Positions 44,102-48,802 of a DNA stretch of 48,802 bases are shown in pieces. Position numbers and translations under genes: made by a program. Within the stretch, counting starts at the first letter, position 1. Each line of letters starts with the position of its first letter. The DNA comes from an uncultured Erysipelotrichaceae bacterium (GTDB lineage: Bacteria > Bacillota_I > Bacilli_A > RFN20 > CAG-826): assembly GCA_902793515.1 (NCBI GenBank), contig CADBDO010000001.1:1-48802 (forward strand). Direction: 5' to 3'. The notes below the pieces were generated by a model, which did not search any database, was not told the DNA's origin, and saw only the letters and a program-made list of their open reading frames with translations.

Positions 44102-45331
44102 TTAGTCCTCCTTTTTGGAACCTCTCGTTAAGCTTGAGATTCCATGATAGTTGTCTTCCAAGGTGCCTCTATATTCGCCTCCTAAGACGATGAGGCCAAG
44201 GATGTTCGTGGCACCTGGATCACGAGCACCTAAGGTTTTTGGCATGTATTTGTGGACGTTTCTTCCACCGAAGTCGCCTAAGAGCTTGTCGATTCCTTTT
44301 AATAAGGAAGTTCCTCCTGAGATGACGAGAGGAAGCGAGGCGAATGGGCTCTTATCCGCCATATTCTGAGCTTTGGCTTGATTCTCGACCAAAGTGTTGA
44401 TGGCGTTTTTGATGTAGGCGTTATAGGAGCCAAAGAACTCTTGGATGAGAGTGTTGAGCTGCGTCTGGCTGATGGTCTTCTTACCACCATCGACGTCCTT
44501 CTTGAAGATTGGGGAAGGATAGGCGAATGTCCTTTCGTCATATCCGTATTTCTTCTTGAGGGTCTCCGCCTCTTCGAAAGAGATCTCGAAGGCTTTGGCG
44601 ATCTTCTCGGTGAGGTCGTCTCCGCCAAGCGGGAAGTAAAGGCTCGCGAATGGCGAATTGTTTCCAATCAAGGAAACGGTCGTAAGATGGGCACCCATGT
44701 CGATATAGAAATAAGTGCCTGGGAGGTTTCCTTCCGACTTGACCATCATGGCCGCGCACTGAGTGGCCACGCTTGAGTGGATGACGCGAAGGCCTGCGCT
44801 TTGGGCGGCTTGCACGTATGAGCTATAAATGGCGTCAGGAAGGGTGAAGATCTTCGCAAAAAGGGTTAAGTATTCGGCTCTTTCTCCTATAGGAGGGTTC
44901 GAATATTGTCTGCCGTTTCCAATCACGAAAGCGTCAGGGACGATATCGACGAGGTAGGAGCCATTAGGCACGCCATCGCGCTTAAGCATAAGGGTGACGT
45001 TACTGATATCAAGCTGCTCGACCGTGTCACGGACGACGTTTGTGGTCTTGTCGTTTTGGAAGACCTGGAAGCCGATTGGCGGCACGACGAAATTGATTTC
45101 TTTTGGATCGACTTTGAGTTTGAGTTCCTCATCCTCAATGTTGAGGTATGGGGCTAAGGCCTCACCCAAAGCGATTGGGTTTGGAATCTGACCGTCTTTG
45201 ACAAAACCGGAAAGAGGGAATTTCTTATAGTAAAGGACATGAGGGACTCTGCCTTCACTATAACCAACGGCGAATTTGACGCTCGAAGAGCAAATCTCTA
45301 AAACTGCGGTATTCTTGATGGTGCGTTCCAT
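44102..45331 (-). CDS. ftsA: Cell division protein FtsA (divergent)
   Basis: An actin-like ATPase pattern (..DMGAHLTTVSL.., ..ISGGTSLLKGI..) immediately upstream of ftsZ. There is no SD. Confidence 0.8.
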   Translation of the reverse strand: MERTIKNTAVLEICSSSVKFAVGYSEGRVPHVLYYKKFPLSGFVKDGQIPNPIALGEALAPYLNIEDEELKLKVDPKEINFVVPPIGFQVFQNDKTTNVVRDTVEQLDISNVTLMLKRDGVPNGSYLVDIVPDAFVIGNGRQYSNPPIGERAEYLTLFAKIFTLPDAIYSSYVQAAQSAGLRVIHSSVATQCAAMMVKSEGNLPGTYFYIDMGAHLTTVSLIGNNSPFASLYFPLGGDDLTEKIAKAFEISFEEAETLKKKYGYDERTFAYPSPIFKKDVDGGKKTISQTQLNTLIQEFFGSYNAYIKNAINTLVENQAKAQNMADKSPFASLPLVISGGTSLLKGIDKLLGDFGGRNVHKYMPKTLGARDPGATNILGLIVLGGEYRGTLEDNYHGISSLTRGSKKED

Positions 45332-45354
45332 ACTTGTATTCTAGTTTAGAATAC
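45329..45354 (-). promoter_or_regulatory. Candidate leaderless promoter TAGAAT-N6-ATG (ftsA-ftsZ) inside a 19-bp palindrome
   Basis: Minus strand reads GTATTCTA-AAC-TAGAATAC-AAGT-ATG. The -10 box is at 45338..45343 and the palindrome at 45336..45354. Confidence 0.45.
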
Positions 45355-45417
45355 CTGAAAGTTTTTCTCAATCTATAACGATAGGGAATTAGTAGTTTTA
45401 TGGCAAAAATTTGGAAA

Positions 45418-46911
45418 TCAGTTTCCTTTGTGGCGGTAAATGTCAAATCTAGCGGCCTTATCGCTTGCTAGCTCGTAATGGGATAGAGCCTCTTCGAAAT
45501 TCTTTTTCGAAGCCTCTTCTTTCGAGATGATGAGCCACTTCGGCTCCTTGGTTTCGATGAAGGTTATGACCTCTGGTATGACTTCCTCGTTATCAAGGGC
45601 CCACCACGACTGATTGGCGTAGAACCTCTCTTCGGAAACAACATCGAGAGCGAGATATACGGAGCATGAGCAATCGATCGCAAAGACCTTTTCCCCATCC
45701 CTATCTTCTTGAGGGATCGTTTCTAGAAGAGCCTTTTCGTCTTGAGCGTTTGTCGAATATTCAAAACCCCAAACGCCGGTCGTGTAATAAAGGGTTGGGG
45801 TGAGAGAACCTAAAAGAATGATGCCTAATAGGAAAAGGGAACCAAGAGAGACCTTAGTGATAAGAGCGGGTTTCTCTTTTGGAATCGAATGGATAAAAAA
45901 GACGATCCAAAGCGAGGCGAAAGAAAGCCCGCAGAGAATATAGGAAAGATACCTTCCTAGGAAGACCCAAGGGACGAAAACGCTTAAGGCGACGATGAAG
46001 AGGAAATTCTTGAAAGATGAGGCAGCATCCCACTTTTTCTCTAGTCTCTCGAAGAGGAAAGCCAAAGCGATAAGCAGCGCCGAACCGATTCTGAAGAAGA
46101 CCTGATCAAGAGGGAAATCCTTCACCCTTCCGATATAGATGAAGTTCTCTAAAATCGTGGCCTTGAACATCTCAGGGAAATAGCCTCCGCTGATAGCAAT
46201 GATGGCAAAGATATCAGAGGTTAGGAGGAAGAAGAGGAAAGCGATGATGACGTTGATCCAAAAAAGCTTCATCTTGTGCTCTTTGATGGAGGTCACGAAT
46301 AACCAAATCATTCCACCATATGCGTATATCGCGTCTAGTGGCCTCGAGTTAAGAGCCAAGGCCATCTCAACGCCGATAAAGATGGAGCCGGCATAGAGGT
46401 AACCCTCTTTCTCCTCTTTGAGCGCCCTCACGTAGAAATAGAGGTAAGCGGTCGCAAAAGGAAGGAGCCAGATTCCGATTGTGTTCCCTCCTCCGATAAG
46501 AAGCCTTAATGTGGCCAAAAAGCCGACAGCCACCGCTTTTTCTAACCATGAGAGCTCCATCTTCTCAAGAGTCTCTAAGAGTAAGAAAAGTGAGATTCCA
46601 CCAAAAACAACCTCAAGGATGAAGATGCCGTAAGACTCATTGATGAGGAGACCAAGCATATCGATGCCAAGGTGATAGAGTCCTTTGTGATCATAGACGT
46701 CTAAGTAAGGCCTTTTGCCGGCAAGGATTGCTTTCGCTTCGTAAATGAAAAGGACCCCATCTTGCGAGAAGGTGTCCCCATGGAAGGACCCGAAAATCGG
46801 TGAGATGGAGTCGCTAGATAATAAGGAGATGATAAAAGAAAGAGAGAAGGCGATGAGGAGTTCTATAAGAACCCTGATGATGGCTTTTTTTCTTTCTAGA
46901 AACACTGGCAC
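45418..46911 (-). CDS. Polytopic membrane protein, candidate GT-C-fold glycosyltransferase (ArnT/PMT_2-like)
   Basis: About 11-12 predicted TMs. The first external loop is FHGDTFSQDGVLFIYEAKAILAGKRPYLDVYDHKGLYHL, and a soluble tail of about 110 aa follows. Starts are GTG at 46911 or GTG at 46905, neither with an SD. The family call is by eye only. Confidence 0.6.
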   Translation of the reverse strand: MPVFLERKKAIIRVLIELLIAFSLSFIISLLSSDSISPIFGSFHGDTFSQDGVLFIYEAKAILAGKRPYLDVYDHKGLYHLGIDMLGLLINESYGIFILEVVFGGISLFLLLETLEKMELSWLEKAVAVGFLATLRLLIGGGNTIGIWLLPFATAYLYFYVRALKEEKEGYLYAGSIFIGVEMALALNSRPLDAIYAYGGMIWLFVTSIKEHKMKLFWINVIIAFLFFLLTSDIFAIIAISGGYFPEMFKATILENFIYIGRVKDFPLDQVFFRIGSALLIALAFLFERLEKKWDAASSFKNFLFIVALSVFVPWVFLGRYLSYILCGLSFASLWIVFFIHSIPKEKPALITKVSLGSLFLLGIILLGSLTPTLYYTTGVWGFEYSTNAQDEKALLETIPQEDRDGEKVFAIDCSCSVYLALDVVSEERFYANQSWWALDNEEVIPEVITFIETKEPKWLIISKEEASKKNFEEALSHYELASDKAARFDIYRHKGN

Positions 46912-46917
46912 ATTCTA
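46903..46917 (-). promoter_or_regulatory. Candidate leaderless promoter: TAGAAT-N6-GTG (GT-C-like gene)
   Basis: Minus strand reads TACTAGAATGTGCCAGTG, directly after a terminator. The -10 box is at 46912..46917. Confidence 0.35.
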
Positions 46918-46920
46918 GTA

Positions 46921-46951
46921 CAAAAAAAGCCCCCATGCAAAAGATGAAGGC
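46921..46951 (-). terminator. Rho-independent terminator after the mraZ-rsmH-small ORF unit
   Basis: GCCUUCAU-CUUUUGC-AUGGGGGC (8 bp, two G.U pairs) followed by UUUUUUUG. Confidence 0.6.
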
Positions 46952-46976
46952 CTTTTTTGAAAAGGAGATGCGTATA

Positions 46977-47210
46977 TTATTCTTCGATAGATGCTTCTGG
47001 AAGGGACTCTTCTGCGACCTGCTTCTTCGTCTCCTCGACGTGTTGGGCGGCTTTTGGCTCATCAATCTTCGCGGCCGAGACCTTGTAGGAGATACCGATC
47101 GGGATGGCGGCGACGGTGAGCAAAGCAAAGCCTAGGGCTAAGCCCCTGAGGAAGCCACGTCTCATGTAATAACCTTTTTTGTGGCCGGTTTTTTCGAGTT
47201 TGTCTTTCAC
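46977..47210 (-). CDS. 77-aa bitopic membrane protein occupying the ftsL position
   Basis: The GTG start has SD AAAGGAGAG and overlaps the rsmH TGA (GTGA). The layout is a basic N-terminus, one TM (GLALGFALLTVAAIPIGISY) and an acidic external tail. Confidence 0.6.
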   Translation of the reverse strand: MKDKLEKTGHKKGYYMRRGFLRGLALGFALLTVAAIPIGISYKVSAAKIDEPKAAQHVEETKKQVAEESLPEASIEE

Positions 47211-48148
47211 TTTGACTCTCCTTTCTTCTTGATGGCCCTTAGAAGGGCGCTGGTTGAGCGATGGTTTTCATCAAGCTCTTTATCGGAAGCGCGGATGGCG
47301 CGCTTCGTGAGATTCTCATAAGGTGCCTCTTCGTCTAAGGAAGGAAGAAGCGCATGCCTGTCCCCTTCGATGACGGTCAGTTCCCTGAAGCGGTTCTTGA
47401 CGAGCCTGTCTTCCAAGGAATGGAAGCTGATGATGGCGATGACTCCTCCGGGTTTAAGGATCTTGTCAAAGTCCTCAAGGAGGGTTTTGAGATTATCGAG
47501 CTCATGGTTGGTCTCGATGCGGAGGGCTTGGAAGATCTGCTTTGCAGGATGGCCCTTTTTGGCAAGAACCTTAGCTGGTTTTGCGCTTTTGATGATGTCG
47601 ACGAGCTCGAAGGTGGTTTCGATTTCCTTCTTTGCTCTATATTCCACGATTCGCTTTGCGACTCGATAGGAATCCTGGTCTTCGCCATATTCGCGGAAGA
47701 TTCTGGTGAGATCCTCTAACGAATAGGTGTTCACGATGCTTTTGGCGGATAAAGATGCATCGAGGTCCATCCTCATGTCGAGCTCGCTATCGAAACGGTA
47801 GCTGAACCCTCTTTCGCCTTCGTCGAACTGTGGGGATGAGACACCAAGGTCAGCGGTTATGCCGTCGACTTCCGTGACTCCAAGTTTCCTAAGTTCTTCG
47901 ACGAAGTATGCGAAGTTGCTATTGATGATGGTGAAGTTTTTTCCGACCGACTCTAATCTTTTGGTGCTTTTCTCAATGGCCTCTTTATCCATATCGAAGG
48001 AATAAAGATGACCGTTTTTGATTAGCTTCAGGATGGCGCTTGAGGTGCCTCCTCTTCCTAAAGTCAAGTCGACATATATGCCATCTTCCTTCGGGTTAAG
48101 AAGAGAGATAGTCTCATCAAGAAGGACGCTGTAATGCTCGTTTTCCAT
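47207..48148 (-). CDS. rsmH: 16S rRNA (cytosine1402-N4)-methyltransferase RsmH/MraW
   Basis: HYSVLLDE, DLTLGRGGTS, DLGVSSPQ and SFHSLEDR motifs. The ATG at 48148 is preceded by GAAGGAAAG. Confidence 0.95.
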   Translation of the reverse strand: MENEHYSVLLDETISLLNPKEDGIYVDLTLGRGGTSSAILKLIKNGHLYSFDMDKEAIEKSTKRLESVGKNFTIINSNFAYFVEELRKLGVTEVDGITADLGVSSPQFDEGERGFSYRFDSELDMRMDLDASLSAKSIVNTYSLEDLTRIFREYGEDQDSYRVAKRIVEYRAKKEIETTFELVDIIKSAKPAKVLAKKGHPAKQIFQALRIETNHELDNLKTLLEDFDKILKPGGVIAIISFHSLEDRLVKNRFRELTVIEGDRHALLPSLDEEAPYENLTKRAIRASDKELDENHRSTSALLRAIKKKGESK

Positions 48149-48152
48149 AGCA

Positions 48153-48572
48153 CTACTTTCCTTCACGATCAGCGATGCTCTGCGCGAGTTCGTCGAATCT
48201 CACTTCAGCGTCTTTCATGACTTTGTCGTGAGTCTCTTTGTTAAAGATTTCGAAATGGTCGATGACGCCGATGACGACGACTTCGCCTTCGAGGCTTGGG
48301 AGAGAGATACGGCCATGGCTATCGACATCAAGGACGTTTGTCGATGCGGACACTTCTCTCACGTAAGCACGAACTTCGCGGTCGAGATAGGAACGTTTCT
48401 GAAGATCTTCAAGGAAGGCATCGAAGCCCTTTTCCTCAAAAACGGCGATGGCACCTTCGTGTCCTTTCACTGCGTAAAATCTTGCTGGAAGTTCACCAAC
48501 AAGTTTCGAAGGAAGTTGAAGACGATGCTTGTCGTCTAAAACACGGTTGTAGGTTCCAAAATACTTTCCCAC
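48153..48572 (-). CDS. mraZ: Transcriptional regulator MraZ
   Basis: Two SpoVT/AbrB-like repeats with the DxxxR signatures DDKHRLQLP and DSHGRISLP. The start is GTG, preceded by AAAGGTGG. Confidence 0.9.
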   Translation of the reverse strand: MGKYFGTYNRVLDDKHRLQLPSKLVGELPARFYAVKGHEGAIAVFEEKGFDAFLEDLQKRSYLDREVRAYVREVSASTNVLDVDSHGRISLPSLEGEVVVIGVIDHFEIFNKETHDKVMKDAEVRFDELAQSIADREGK

Positions 48573-48621
48573 TTTTTCCCACCTTTGGTTATATTTAACA
48601 ATATGCCTGACTTTTCTGCAA
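48564..48621 (-). promoter_or_regulatory. mraZ promoter (TTGCAG-N18-TGT-TAAATA) plus two direct GTGGGAAA repeats at 10-bp spacing
   Basis: The -35 box is at 48616..48621 and the -10 box at 48592..48597. GTGGG copies lie at 48578..48582 (in the SD) and 48568..48572 (start codon). An inverted third copy lies at 48644..48652. Confidence 0.45.
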
Positions 48622-48652
48622 ACATTTTTCGCAAAAATGCGCGTGGGAAAAT

Positions 48653-48678
48653 GAAAAAACCGCCGCAGAGCAGCGGTT
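48653..48678 (-). terminator. Rho-independent terminator after the upstream partial gene
   Basis: CCGCUGC-UCU-GCGGCGG (one G.U pair), then G and UUUUUU. Confidence 0.75.
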
Positions 48679-48697
48679 TATTTTGTGCATACGCGAC

Positions 48698-48802
48698 TAT
48701 TCTTCGTCTAAGCCTTTGATTCTGATTCCGCCTTTGGAACCTTCTTTGGCTTTCTCTTCGTCGCTAAGGATCCTCACCCCTCCGACTTCATCTTTGAGGG
48801 TG
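48698..48802 (-). CDS. C-terminal fragment of an unidentified protein (enters from the right edge)
   Basis: The open frame reads ..TLKDEVGGVRILSDEEKAKEGSKGGIRIKGLDEE*, ends in TAG at 48698..48700 and is followed by a terminator. I cannot assign a family. Confidence 0.4.

Noticed and set aside
1-48802. Mobile elements, CRISPR-Cas, restriction-modification, toxin-antitoxin or other defence systems, and a replication origin (DnaA-box cluster)
   Set aside because: I found no transposase, integrase, Cas or nuclease/methylase-like ORFs, no terminal inverted repeats and no repeat-spacer arrays. There were only isolated one-mismatch DnaA-box-like 9-mers inside coding regions (for example at 641..649). 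Nothing supports such a call.

Overview
This window is a densely packed, almost entirely minus-strand block of housekeeping genes; only 3 of about 41 genes are on the plus strand. From left to right it holds xseA (partial), nusB, an Asp23-like gene, tkt, aspS, hisS, rel, recJ, secDF, ruvB, ruvA, obg, a GT2 glycosyltransferase, rpmA-prp-rplU, valS, a fused MacB-type ABC transporter, engB, lon and tig. A small accessory islet follows (unknown protein, lipoprotein, HAD phosphatase, TetR, flavodoxin). Then come tRNA-Arg(UCU), uvrC, mutS2, a CBS protein, rnhC, rluD, lspA, ileS, ftsZ, ftsA, a polytopic membrane protein, a small bitopic protein, rsmH and mraZ. From memory, the gene order is a compacted version of conserved Bacillus-type clusters, but the division cluster contains no peptidoglycan or sporulation genes. 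TGA is used as a stop codon (obg, rsmH). Together these points suggest a streamlined, probably wall-less Bacillota/Mollicutes-like genome using genetic code 11; this is an inference only. I could support these RNA and regulatory elements: two T-box leaders (ileS, valS), a probable L21 leader, a CIRCE operator in front of lon, one tRNA and about ten rho-independent terminators. I saw no CRISPR array, transposase, integrase, prophage or recognisable defence genes. The most notable observations are: (1) a recurrent layout with a -10 box 6-9 nt from the start codon and no Shine-Dalgarno, implying many leaderless transcription units; (2) a division cluster in which the murein-synthesis genes are replaced by a terminator-insulated, GT-C-like membrane protein, possibly partnered with a Dpm1-like GT2 inserted between rpmA and obg; (3) a leaderless 31-codon membrane-peptide ORF abutting ruvA; (4) perfect palindromes over several promoters; (5) unusual C-terminal tails on HisRS (His/Cys-rich) and trigger factor (Lys/Ala/Pro-rich). 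All functional calls come from reading motifs by eye. No database search was run.
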